A stretch of DNA of 64,000 nucleotides from Pyrinomonadaceae bacterium (GCA_041750995.1 JBGSYG010000018.1:18218-82217); one strand, 5' to 3'; counted from the stretch's first letter, positions 17,086 to 26,362 are shown. Notes: a model not told the origin generated them from the sequence alone. Program-made: numbers and translations.

Positions 17086-17279
17086 ACCGCCAAGGCGCCA
17101 AGAAGAAGTGAGCTTTGAACTTGGTGCTTCGAATTTTGTTCGCTTATGAAAAAATTCGAGCGGAGATGTTGCGGCTGATGCTGTTGAAGCCAAAAGCCCT
17201 GGGTACTAGGTACTAAGAACAAAGCCCCAGTTCGTTTCATTCTCCTTGGCGAACTCCGCACGCTTGGCGACTTGGCGGT
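17086..17279. repeat. Mirrored repeat arms between convergent genes: ACCGCCAAGGCGCCAAG.. at 17086-17145 versus ..CTTGGCGACTTGGCGGT at 17201-17279
   Basis: The reverse complement of 17086-17102 (CTTGGCGCCTTGGCGGT) nearly matches 17263-17279. Inner words TTTGAAC/GAACAAAG are also mirrored. Confidence 0.75.
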
Positions 17280-17306
17280 TGCTTTTAGGAAAGCAAGGAA
17301 AAAATT

Positions 17307-18101
17307 CTACCGCCCGAATCCCGCCTTCTTCCGCATCTCTTTCAACGTCTCGGGAATAAAGGAAGTGATCTGATGAGTTTCTTCGTGGCCATCGGCGAAT
17401 GATTGGTAAAGTGTGAAGTCAGGAAGGGAAAGACAACTAAGCGGCGACTGGTGGTTATAACCTGTGTCGATGCCAATCGCGCTGTGGGAGATGTAGATGC
17501 CGTGACGACCCACTCGCCCGCGCAAGGGCAGGAAGGGCGTGGGCGTGTGTCCGAATACACACGGCTTGCCGCGATAGTTCTTATAGAAATCCATGTCGCG
17601 CGTCCAAATCAGTAATTGCGGTGAGCTCTCGCTCGGATGTTTGCCATGATCCAAGCCGGCGTGGACGTAAATCGCAAACTCGTCCTCATAGTAGTACGGC
17701 CGCTCACGGAAGAAATCGAGATGGGCGGCAGGAATCTTTTCTTCGATCAAATGGCGGGCGTCTTCCAAATCCCGTTCGTCTCTGATTGTCGGTGACTCTC
17801 CGGCGTATTGTTCAAACGTGCGCTCACCTCCCGTAACCGGCGTGATCCACAAATTCGTTTTGCCTTCAACGAAATCCAGCAACATCTGCTCATGATTTCC
17901 CCGGAGACAGAGCACCCGTTCCGGGTTAGCTGCTGACATCTTCATCACGTGGTCGACGCAGCCGGGTGCGTTAGGTCCGCGGTCGATCAGGTCGCCGAGA
18001 AACACTACCGTATCGGTAGCTTCGTCGCGCGGTAGCATCTCAAGCAAAGTCTCGAGTTGCGCACAACGTCCATGGATGTCGCCTATCACAAAAGTTTTCA
18101 T
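17307..18101 (-). CDS. PPP-family metallophosphoesterase (Ser/Thr phosphatase, PrpA/ApaH-like)
   Basis: The GDIHG, GDLIDRGP and GNHE motifs are present. The ATG overlaps the stop codon of the upstream kinase (ATGA). Confidence 0.85.
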   Translation of the reverse strand: MKTFVIGDIHGRCAQLETLLEMLPRDEATDTVVFLGDLIDRGPNAPGCVDHVMKMSAANPERVLCLRGNHEQMLLDFVEGKTNLWITPVTGGERTFEQYAGESPTIRDERDLEDARHLIEEKIPAAHLDFFRERPYYYEDEFAIYVHAGLDHGKHPSESSPQLLIWTRDMDFYKNYRGKPCVFGHTPTPFLPLRGRVGRHGIYISHSAIGIDTGYNHQSPLSCLSLPDFTLYQSFADGHEETHQITSFIPETLKEMRKKAGFGR

Positions 18102-20560
18102 GTTGTTGTGTGACGCTCCTGTCTTCCCTGCTTAATGCCCTCCATCAATTTCAGAAAACGCGGATCGTCCCGCAGGTCCGCCCAGTTGGGGTCGGATTCA
18201 AACCACTCTACATTCTCATTCCCCAGCCGAATTGCAGTCTCCAGCCAATTGAGCGCTTCAACCTGTTTCCCCTGAAGCAGGTAAGCGGCGGCAAGCCAGT
18301 TGGAGATGTCGTGGTCGGCAGCGGCCACTTGTCTGACTTTTTTCGTTAACTGTTCGTTTGCTTCCGTGTGTTTGCCCTGGGCGCTGAGACAAATCGCCAG
18401 GATTGGCCGGATGCCGTCAATCGGATGTTGCAGCAAAACCTGCTGCAGAATCCGCTCGGCTGAGTCAACCTCACCACGATAGTACAGCACGCGCGCGCGA
18501 AACGCGCGAATCAGCGGGTGGTCCGGCTCCAAATGGGCGCCTTTATCCAGCTCGGCCAGCGCCTCTTCATACTGTTGCCGGTACATGTGAATGCGCGCGC
18601 GATTGTAGCTTGCTACAACCTGCTCGGCGGGATTTAGTCGCACCATTCGATCAAAACTGCGCAGGGCGCGCTCATACTCGCCATCGAGCCGCGCCAGAAT
18701 CCCGCGCACGAAATGCACACCTACGTCGTTGGGATACTCCTCGCGCAACCGCTCGATCTCTTCACGCGCTCTCGGCTTTTCACCACGATGCAGATAAATC
18801 AGCACCATGTGCATGCGGGCTTCAAGCAATTTCGGATCGAATTGCAGCGCTTCAGTAAAAGCCTCCGCAGCTTTCTCATGGTCACCGACATCGCCGATAC
18901 CTTTAAGTACGCGATTGACGTAACAACTTCCCATCGCTGAGTAAGCAAGGGCAAAGTTCGGATCGACTTTGATCGCGCTTTGAAAATGTACGATTGCCTG
19001 ATCGACATGTTCCCGTAAGACGGTGTGATAAATAAACTGACCCAGGCAGTTGCGCCCGCGCAGGTATTCTTCAGAAGCCGCCGAATCTGAAGTTGATCCT
19101 TTTGCCAATTCCACTTTTTCGTCCGGACTCAACTCCAAGCGCAGTCCCTCGACGATTCGCTGCACCATCGTGTCTTGCACGGCGATGATGTCACTGGCCT
19201 CGGCATCAATTTTCTCGCTCCAGAGAATCTCTTCGCTGCGCACGTCAAGTAGTTGGGCAGTTACACGGAGGCGATCGCCGGCGCGCAAAAAGCCTGCAGT
19301 CAGAATTGAGTCAACACTCATCTCGCGTCCGGCTTCGCACGGATCCAACGGCTTGCCCTGATACTTCACTATCGCTGAAGAGGGGCGCACAATCAGCGAA
19401 CGTACGCGTGCGAGCTCAGTAATCACAGCATCTGCGAGGGAGAATTCATAGAACGCCGTTTCAGGATCGTTACTGAGATTCTTGAAAGGAAGAATTGCGA
19501 CACTCTTGCGTTCTTTGTCGCCAATACTGGTTTGCGGTGTTTCATGAGCTTCCGCTGACTGGACCGCCGCTCCCGAAATTGTGGGACTGGCGGTTTCTGC
19601 GCCGGTCACATTTTTTAGCCAGCGGAACGCACGAGCTACGGGACTAGCAGAGGTAAGGTGGCGGGGCGCTACGGGCACGGTGCTTTCATGCAATGTCTCA
19701 CCCGAAGCGTTTGCCAAGTCGCGGGCCAGACTCCGCAAGTCATCTCGCAAATCGGCAATCTTCTGATATCGGTCCCGGGGATTCTTCTTCATCGCGCGGT
19801 CAAGAATCTGTTGTAGCTGTGGCGGCACCGGATCGGGACGAGCAGTGGCGAGGGGCGCTGGCTCTTCATGTAAGACAGCGTGACGCACGTCGATGGCCGT
19901 CTTACCCTTGAAGGGCCAACTGCCCGTAAGCATTTCGTAAAGCAAAACCCCTGCGGAAAAAATGTCTGCGCGTGAATCGACTCGATCCCCACGGGCTTGC
20001 TCCGGCGCGGCATAGGTTGCTGTTCCGTACGGTATGCCAATCTCAGTCAGCTCTGTGTGATGAATGCCGGAAGTGCGCGCCGCGTCTTCATCAAGCAGTT
20101 TAGCCAAGCCAAAATCCAGCACCTTCGCCTGGCCTTTGCTCGTGACCATCACGTTACCCGCTTTGATGTCGCGATGAATGATCCCCTGGGCGTGCGCCGC
20201 GGCGAGTGCGTCCGTCACTTGAATAGCAATCGACAGCGCACTGGCCAGACCGAGCGGCCTGCCATTCACCAGCTGTCGCACATTGCGGCCCTCGATAAAC
20301 TGCATCGCGATAAAGTGGATCCCGTCGATGACGTTGAGGTCGAAGATGGTGCAGATATTCGGATGATCGAGAGATGAGGCCAGCCGCGCTTCGCGTTCGA
20401 AACGTTTGAGGTTTGCTTCTTTTGCCGTTAGCTCGTCCGGCAAGACCTTAATAACCACGGGGCGGCCCAATTTCGAGTCGATCGCTTTATAGACCGTTCC
20501 CTGACCGCCCGCGCCGAGCTTTTCGAGAATCTTGTAATTCCCTAGAGTTGTTCCTACCAT
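18098..20560 (-). CDS. Ser/Thr protein kinase with TolB-N-like and TPR regions
   Basis: Hanks motifs GAGGQGTVY, VIKV, HRDIKAGNV, DFGLA and APEQ are present. After the kinase domain comes SVAILPFKNLSNDPE..FSLADAVITEL (TolB-N-like), then TPR repeats. I see no clear TM helix. Confidence 0.9.
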   Translation of the reverse strand: MVGTTLGNYKILEKLGAGGQGTVYKAIDSKLGRPVVIKVLPDELTAKEANLKRFEREARLASSLDHPNICTIFDLNVIDGIHFIAMQFIEGRNVRQLVNGRPLGLASALSIAIQVTDALAAAHAQGIIHRDIKAGNVMVTSKGQAKVLDFGLAKLLDEDAARTSGIHHTELTEIGIPYGTATYAAPEQARGDRVDSRADIFSAGVLLYEMLTGSWPFKGKTAIDVRHAVLHEEPAPLATARPDPVPPQLQQILDRAMKKNPRDRYQKIADLRDDLRSLARDLANASGETLHESTVPVAPRHLTSASPVARAFRWLKNVTGAETASPTISGAAVQSAEAHETPQTSIGDKERKSVAILPFKNLSNDPETAFYEFSLADAVITELARVRSLIVRPSSAIVKYQGKPLDPCEAGREMSVDSILTAGFLRAGDRLRVTAQLLDVRSEEILWSEKIDAEASDIIAVQDTMVQRIVEGLRLELSPDEKVELAKGSTSDSAASEEYLRGRNCLGQFIYHTVLREHVDQAIVHFQSAIKVDPNFALAYSAMGSCYVNRVLKGIGDVGDHEKAAEAFTEALQFDPKLLEARMHMVLIYLHRGEKPRAREEIERLREEYPNDVGVHFVRGILARLDGEYERALRSFDRMVRLNPAEQVVASYNRARIHMYRQQYEEALAELDKGAHLEPDHPLIRAFRARVLYYRGEVDSAERILQQVLLQHPIDGIRPILAICLSAQGKHTEANEQLTKKVRQVAAADHDISNWLAAAYLLQGKQVEALNWLETAIRLGNENVEWFESDPNWADLRDDPRFLKLMEGIKQGRQERHTTT

Positions 20561-20712
20561 TGCCTTTTTGCGAAGGACCTATTTAATCCCAACCGTAGAA
20601 GTACCGCAACCTGACTGAGAACTTCATGAAACAAGCCCTCACCTGTCTCCTAATTTTCCTCACCACGGCGTTGTCCCCAGTTGCACAACAACAGGGGGCA
20701 ACGATTCTTTCT

Positions 20713-20746
20713 AAAGAAAAAGGGCGGCCACGAATTGAAGCCGCCC
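20713..20746 (-). terminator. Rho-independent terminator of the peptidase gene
   Basis: On the minus strand, GGGCGGC pairs with GCCGCCC (20740-20746 with 20722-20728) and is followed by TTTTTCTTT. Confidence 0.65.
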
Positions 20747-20778
20747 TCTGCCTACTACTTTCTGCCTTCTGCTTCAAG

Positions 20779-22911
20779 CTATTCCGCGAGGCCCATCTGC
20801 CAAAGCATGAAGGCGTAATCAAAAGCCACTTCACGCAGGTAATCGTAACGGCCCGATGAGCCACCGTGTCCGGCGCCCATGTTCGTCTTCAGGAGCAGCG
20901 GATTGTCATCTGTCTTCAGCGCTCGCATCTTTGCGACGAACTTTGCGCCTTCCCAGTACGGTACCTGGCTGTCGTTCAAAGAAACCTTCACGAGCGTTGC
21001 CGGATAGTTCGCTTTCTTGATGTTGTCGTAAGGCGAATACTTGGCCATGTAATCGTAAGCAGCTTTCTCATTGGGATTGCCCCATTCAATGTACTCACTC
21101 GTCGTAAGCGGCAACGATGCATCAAGCATGGTGTTCAGCACGTCGACAAACGGTACTTGTGAAACGACGGCCTTGAACAAATCAGGACGCATATTTGTTA
21201 CAGCGCCCATCAACAGGCCGCCCGCGCTGCCGCCTTGAATCACGAGATGATCGCTCGACGTGTATTTGTTTTTCACAAGGTGCTCGGCGGACGCGATGAA
21301 GTCCGTGAAGGTGTTTATCTTCTTCATCATCCTGCCGGCCTCGCGCCATTCTTCGCCCATCTCCCCGCCACCGCGAATGTGCGTAATCGCGTAAACTACG
21401 CCGCGATCCAGCAGGCTTAAGCGATTGGACGAGAAGTTGGGAGTCATCGAAGCGCCGTACGAACCGTAGCCATAAAGTAAGAGCGGCGCCTTGCCGTCAA
21501 GCTTTGTGCCTTTGCGGTAAACGACGGACATCGGGATCTTCGTGCCATCGGAAGCAATAGCGAAAATGCGTTCCGACTGATAGTTGTTGCGGTCGAAACC
21601 TCCTGGCACCTCAGTCTGTTTCAACAGCACTCGAGTCTGCTTTTCCATGTCGTAGTCGAAAGTGGAATTGGGAGTCACGAGTGACTGGTAGCCGAAACGC
21701 AGCACCTTGGTGTTGTATTCGCGATTGGTGCTCACGAAAGCGGTATAGACAGGCTCCGGGAAGGTTAGACGATGCGACTTGTTAGTCTTCAAGTTGGTTA
21801 TGCGAACGTGTTGCAAACCACCTTCGAGTTCGGAAACGACCAGGTGATCTGCGAAGAGATCAATGTCATCGATTTTGACTGCGGGCCGGTGCTCAATGAT
21901 CTCTTTCCAATTCGCTTTGCCGGGATTCGCCACGGGCGCAGTCACCAGACGGAAATTTTTTGCGCCCTGGTTGGTGCGGATGTAGAAAAGCCCGTCGCGA
22001 TGATCCACTGAATACTCGTGATCGGCTTCGCGCGGCAGAATCACCTTCGGCGCGTCAGTTGGGCTGTCAGCGGGAATGTAGAGATACTCAGTCGACGTTT
22101 TGCTGCCGGAGGCGATCAGAATCATCTTCTTGTCGCGCGTGCGGCCGCCGTAAACGTCGAACAACTCATCCTTATCTTCAAAAACGAGTTCGTGCTTGTC
22201 CGTCCCCAGGACGTGACGGAAAAACTTGTCGTTGCGTTTCGTGACGGCATCTTCAGTCGAATAGAGGATGGTTTTGTTGTCCGTCGCCCACATCACGGAG
22301 CCAACTCTGTCAACGGTGTCAGGAAGCAGTTGACCGGTGCGCAGATCCTTGACTTGGAGTTTGTACTGACGGTAACCCGTTGTGTCGGTTGAGTAAGCCA
22401 GGTAGTTTCCGTCGTCACTCACTGAGTAGGCGCCGAGTCCCAAATACTTCAACCCCTTCGCCATCTCGTTCAGGTCGAGCGTAATCTCTTCTTTCGCTTC
22501 CGTGCTGCCTCGCTTCCGGGCGTAGATCGGATACTGCATTCCTTTCACTGTGCGCGAATAGTAAAAGTGGTCGCCCTGGCGATAAGGTACATTTTCGTCA
22601 GTCTCTTTAATGTGACCGACCATTTCGTTATAAAGTTTTTCTTGCAACGCCGCGGTGTGTTTCATGGCCGCTTCGGTGTAAGAATTCTCAGCCTCCAGAT
22701 AAGACGTCACCGCAGGATTCGTCTTTTCGCGCAGCCAGAAGAAGTCGTCAACCATCTTGTAGCCGTGGATTTCCGTAGTTTTTGTTTTTCTTTCTGCCAT
22801 TGGTGGTTTAGGAGCGGCGGGCCCATTTCCGTTTCCTTGAGCCATTGCCGCAAAGTAAGTTGTCAGAATTACGCTGATGACTATCAGCAGAGGTAACACA
22901 AATTTTTTCAT
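20779..22911 (-). CDS. S9A-family serine oligopeptidase (oligopeptidase B / prolyl oligopeptidase-like), secreted
   Basis: 710 aa with signal peptide MKKFVLPLLIVISVILTTYFAAMA. An N-terminal propeller region is followed by a C-terminal alpha/beta hydrolase with the nucleophile elbow GGSAGGLL and a GHGG tail. Confidence 0.9.
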   Translation of the reverse strand: MKKFVLPLLIVISVILTTYFAAMAQGNGNGPAAPKPPMAERKTKTTEIHGYKMVDDFFWLREKTNPAVTSYLEAENSYTEAAMKHTAALQEKLYNEMVGHIKETDENVPYRQGDHFYYSRTVKGMQYPIYARKRGSTEAKEEITLDLNEMAKGLKYLGLGAYSVSDDGNYLAYSTDTTGYRQYKLQVKDLRTGQLLPDTVDRVGSVMWATDNKTILYSTEDAVTKRNDKFFRHVLGTDKHELVFEDKDELFDVYGGRTRDKKMILIASGSKTSTEYLYIPADSPTDAPKVILPREADHEYSVDHRDGLFYIRTNQGAKNFRLVTAPVANPGKANWKEIIEHRPAVKIDDIDLFADHLVVSELEGGLQHVRITNLKTNKSHRLTFPEPVYTAFVSTNREYNTKVLRFGYQSLVTPNSTFDYDMEKQTRVLLKQTEVPGGFDRNNYQSERIFAIASDGTKIPMSVVYRKGTKLDGKAPLLLYGYGSYGASMTPNFSSNRLSLLDRGVVYAITHIRGGGEMGEEWREAGRMMKKINTFTDFIASAEHLVKNKYTSSDHLVIQGGSAGGLLMGAVTNMRPDLFKAVVSQVPFVDVLNTMLDASLPLTTSEYIEWGNPNEKAAYDYMAKYSPYDNIKKANYPATLVKVSLNDSQVPYWEGAKFVAKMRALKTDDNPLLLKTNMGAGHGGSSGRYDYLREVAFDYAFMLWQMGLAE

Positions 22912-23131
22912 GGCGATCCTTCTTTACTAAGAAAGCGGGGGTTGCAGTCATTGGGGAATAGTGACCTGCGGGTTCTCATTTTGGTGCGCTCCCACGCACC
23001 TCGTAACTGAATATTCTTGTATTGATGCAATCGAAAAGGGCTCCCGCGTGGCAGTACTAACCTCTCTCCTAAAACTGCATCATTCCATATCTGTGGTGAA
23101 ACCAGCGCACGGCCGGTTAATCGTGAACGGT

Positions 23132-23362
23132 TCAACCGCGCGGCGGGTCGCCCCAGCCCGATGCAACGTACTTGCCATCTTCGACGATGCAGGGAACGGT
23201 TGGGTCACCGGCGGAGTAAGAGAACATCTCAGCGCGTCGCTTTCGATCGTTTTGAGCGTCGTAGTCTGTAAACGGAATACCCTGAGAGTTGTAATGATCA
23301 CGAGCCTGCTGACAGTAAGGACAGCCCGGCTTGGTATAAATCACTAACGCCAAATCGCACAC
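23132..23362 (-). CDS. Glutaredoxin-like small thiol-disulfide oxidoreductase
   Basis: 76 aa with a CPYC active site after a beta-strand (VIYTKPGCPYCQQA) and the VPCIV cis-Pro region. It has a GTG start and a TGA stop (see finding). Confidence 0.75.
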   Translation of the reverse strand: MCDLALVIYTKPGCPYCQQARDHYNSQGIPFTDYDAQNDRKRRAEMFSYSAGDPTVPCIVEDGKYVASGWGDPPRG

Positions 23363-23468
23363 CTCCGTAATGCCACTAGTTTAGCAATCTATTCGTGAAG
23401 ATGAGAAGCGGGGCGGGAAAAGATCGGGTATTATTCTGCCATCGGAACCGCTATACTCCGCCCGCGTC

Positions 23469-23810
23469 ATGAACGAGCAAACTCTCGACCAAACCCCACC
23501 AGTTCTCGATGCCAGCGACTTACTCGATCCCTACGAGAAATTAATTACGATTGAGATTCTCGGCAAGCAAGTGCAGGTTCCCGAGAAAAACCGCTTATTG
23601 CGCTGCTTTCAGTACCTTTCTCTCAATTCCATTTCTTACGGCGACTTTTGTTGGAACGGCGAATGTACGAATTGTCAGATCTGGTGTCATGACATCGGAC
23701 AGACCGCTGCGAACGACAAACCCATCCTCTCGTGTCGTTCAGAAGTAACAGAAGGAATGGTCATTACCAAGCTGAGTCAGTTCATCAAACTCGACGGCAT
23801 CAGCAAATAA
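23469..23810 (+). CDS. Small (2Fe-2S)-binding protein (Fer2_4-like)
   Basis: 113 aa. The Cys cluster FCWNGECTNCQIWCH plus LSCR resembles the CxxGxCxxC ... C pattern of sarcosine-oxidase-alpha-N/Fer2_4 domains. Confidence 0.55.
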   Translation: MNEQTLDQTPPVLDASDLLDPYEKLITIEILGKQVQVPEKNRLLRCFQYLSLNSISYGDFCWNGECTNCQIWCHDIGQTAANDKPILSCRSEVTEGMVITKLSQFIKLDGISK

Positions 23811-23813
23811 CAT

Positions 23814-24149
23814 TCAATACTTGGGCACGTTGGGATCGACCTCATTTGACCACGCCGTAATTCCGCCACTGAGATTTATCAAGTTGCCGGAGAAGCCGGC
23901 TTGTTTCAGTATCGCGATTGCCTTCGCACTGCGGCCACCCATCTTGCAATGCACGACGGTCTCACGGTTCGGATCGATTTCCGAAATACGGTTGAGGACT
24001 TGTCCGAGAGGGATGTGAATTGTGCCCGGCATTTTTGCGATGTCGAGCTCGTGCGCCTCGCGCACATCAATGATTTGTAAATCTTCGCCATTATCCAGCC
24101 GCTGTTTCAGTTCGGTAGCAGTGATCTGCGGCATAGTCGTCCCGTTCAT
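23814..24149 (-). CDS. Single-domain rhodanese (sulfurtransferase)
   Basis: It has the active-site loop HCKMGGRS and the C-terminal GGITAW motif. I placed the start at ATG 24149 (GGGAGA 6 nt upstream); the track start is 24203. Confidence 0.85.
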   Translation of the reverse strand: MNGTTMPQITATELKQRLDNGEDLQIIDVREAHELDIAKMPGTIHIPLGQVLNRISEIDPNRETVVHCKMGGRSAKAIAILKQAGFSGNLINLSGGITAWSNEVDPNVPKY

Positions 24150-24346
24150 AAGTTTCTCCCGTCCATTTTTTCTCATCTTAACTACTGAGGCAAACAGCGA
24201 CAAGTCCGGCTCATCGCTTGTAACACAAACTGTTAGTTTGCGTGCGCAAGCTGACAGCTTGCGCTACATTCGGTCGAGTGCTTTTCGTCTGCTCATCAGT
24301 TAAACTTTCTCTAAAGCTTCTTGATTCAACCCCTCGAGGAATCAAA

Positions 24347-25363
24347 ATGAGATTCGAGTATTACCACCCCGGTCTTGATAACGTGACCAAACTGTCAGTT
24401 GATGGCACGGTTCCGAACAGCGTGCATTTTTCGCATTGGGAAGGAAATGAAACGCCTCTCGAGCTTAAGGCAGATACTTCAACTGAAATCGCGCTCAACC
24501 TCGTTGCGTCCCCTCAACCATCACAATTTACGCGCGGCATCGAGTTAGTTACGAATAATCACTTTGATACTGACGGCGTGCTTTCCGTGTGGACGGTGCT
24601 AAACGGCAACCGCGTTTTGGAATTCCGAGAAACTCTAATTTCCAGTGCAGAGGCTGGTGACTTTTCGGAACTGACAAGCGAGACTGGCGTGCGCGTCAGC
24701 ATTACGATTCAAGGTTCAGATCAGGCCGGAAATGAAACGCAGGAAGGTTCACCACTGGCGCAGTTTCTCAATGATGGCGAGCCCGTCGACGACGCTAAAG
24801 CCTACGACCTCGTGCTGCCTGAAGTTGAGAAGTTGATAAAAAACATCGACGCCTACGAACATTTGTGGCGAGCGGGTTGGGAACAGGTTGCTACTGCGAT
24901 CGAGAGTTTTGAGAAAGGCGCTTCGGTGACTGAAGAGCTTCCCGGCGTAAAAACAACACTTGTAACGCTCTCACCTGACATTTTTGGACCCACTGGTTTC
25001 GACCCGAAAAAACACGGAGTGCCAGTGATCGCGATTTCGCGTTACGCGCAGGGAGAGTTGTTCCTAATCGCGACGCCCTATGAATCCGGCTGGAGTTACC
25101 GTTTCGATTATCCCTACTACTCGTGGGCCGAAACGGTGGTGCGTCCGAAGATTGTGCGCCGCGACCTGACGCCGCTGCTAGCTCGCTTGAATGAAATCGA
25201 AAGAAACAGCAAAGCAAGATGGCAGTTGGACGGGAGTGAGATGACGTCCGCAATTAAATTCTTTGACGAGACTAAGGCGATTGCGGCGTCCGGGCTGCAG
25301 CCGGATGAAGTTGCAGCAATCATTCGATCCGAACATCTAAGCATAAGCGCTATGGTGAAATAG
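24347..25363 (+). CDS. Hypothetical protein (338 aa) with an NNHFDTDG motif
   Basis: This is a clean ORF. ATG 24347 has GAGGA upstream; the track start 24242 is unlikely. I recognise no family, although the HFDTDG segment is reminiscent of DHH/MYG1-type phosphoesterase motif I. Confidence 0.6.
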   Translation: MRFEYYHPGLDNVTKLSVDGTVPNSVHFSHWEGNETPLELKADTSTEIALNLVASPQPSQFTRGIELVTNNHFDTDGVLSVWTVLNGNRVLEFRETLISSAEAGDFSELTSETGVRVSITIQGSDQAGNETQEGSPLAQFLNDGEPVDDAKAYDLVLPEVEKLIKNIDAYEHLWRAGWEQVATAIESFEKGASVTEELPGVKTTLVTLSPDIFGPTGFDPKKHGVPVIAISRYAQGELFLIATPYESGWSYRFDYPYYSWAETVVRPKIVRRDLTPLLARLNEIERNSKARWQLDGSEMTSAIKFFDETKAIAASGLQPDEVAAIIRSEHLSISAMVK

Positions 25364-25399
25364 ACTTGCCACTTCGAGCCCGGCCGCCTGAACCAACCC

Positions 25400-26317
25400 A
25401 TGTATGACGTCTTAATTATCGGCGCCGGACCCGCCGGCCTGGCCGCCGCTTTCTGGTGCTACCAGTTGGGACTTGACGTCTTAGTCATTGAGCAACAGCC
25501 GGAGATCGGCGGACAACTTCATTCCATCTACGGAGCAATCGACAATTATCCCGGACTACGTGCGAAAGATGGTGAAGAGTTTCTTGAGAACTTCGCGGCG
25601 GGGGCAGCCGAAGCTGGTTTTGATCTCTGGACAAATGTCGAGATCGCAAAAGTCGATCTGGTAGCCAAACGAGCAACTTTAATAAGCGGCGAAGATCTTC
25701 CGGCAATTACCATCATAATCGCGACCGGAGTGAGACGGAGACAGCTAGGAATTCCCGGTGAGACTGAGTTTGAAGGCAAAGGAATCATTAAATCCGGTGC
25801 ACGCGACAAGGATCTTTATGCAGGAAAGGACGTCTGCATCATCGGCGGTGGCGACGCCGCGATCGAGAACGCCCTTTTGTTGGCTGAAGGCTGCGCCACT
25901 GTGACTGTTGTGAATCGAAGTAAGAAGCTAAGAGCGCGAAGTGAGTTCAGGGAACAGTTGGGAACTAACCACTGCGTCACGGTCTTCAATGAAGCGATCG
26001 CGACGCGCATCCTTGGCAGTGCTGCAATCGAGGCAGTGGAGATTCAGCGTAAGCAAGCGCTGAAGCCTTTTCAGATGGCGGTTAAGGGCGTCTTAATTCG
26101 TATCGGCGCCACGCCGAACTCCGAGCTGTTCAGCGATCAGTTGAAGGTGGACGACGGCGGCTACATTTCGGTTTCGAGCCAACAGGAAACCAGCGTGACA
26201 AATGTGTTTGCGATCGGCGACGTCTCAAATTCTTTGGCGCCAACCATCAGCGGCGCGGCAGGCGACGGCGCCACAGCGGCAAAGGTGATAGCCGCGCGCC
26301 TGCAAGCAAACAGTTAA
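25400..26317 (+). CDS. Thioredoxin-reductase-like FAD/NAD(P) flavoprotein lacking the redox-active CxxC
   Basis: GAGPAGLAAA and IIGGGDAAIENA are the two dinucleotide-binding motifs, and GD is near the C-terminus (FAIGDV). The position of TrxB CATCDG reads SGARDK. Confidence 0.85.
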   Translation: MYDVLIIGAGPAGLAAAFWCYQLGLDVLVIEQQPEIGGQLHSIYGAIDNYPGLRAKDGEEFLENFAAGAAEAGFDLWTNVEIAKVDLVAKRATLISGEDLPAITIIIATGVRRRQLGIPGETEFEGKGIIKSGARDKDLYAGKDVCIIGGGDAAIENALLLAEGCATVTVVNRSKKLRARSEFREQLGTNHCVTVFNEAIATRILGSAAIEAVEIQRKQALKPFQMAVKGVLIRIGATPNSELFSDQLKVDDGGYISVSSQQETSVTNVFAIGDVSNSLAPTISGAAGDGATAAKVIAARLQANS

Positions 26318-26362
26318 CTCGGTCTCGTTTCCAAGCATTCGTGCGGTGGTTAACCTTCGCAT

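Noticed and set aside
20626-20859. 77-aa plus-strand ORF with a signal-peptide-like start (MKQALTCLLIFLTTALSPVA)
   Set aside because: It runs through the minus-strand terminator hairpin and into the 3' end of the peptidase gene. It has no SD. The hydrophobic start is probably coincidental.
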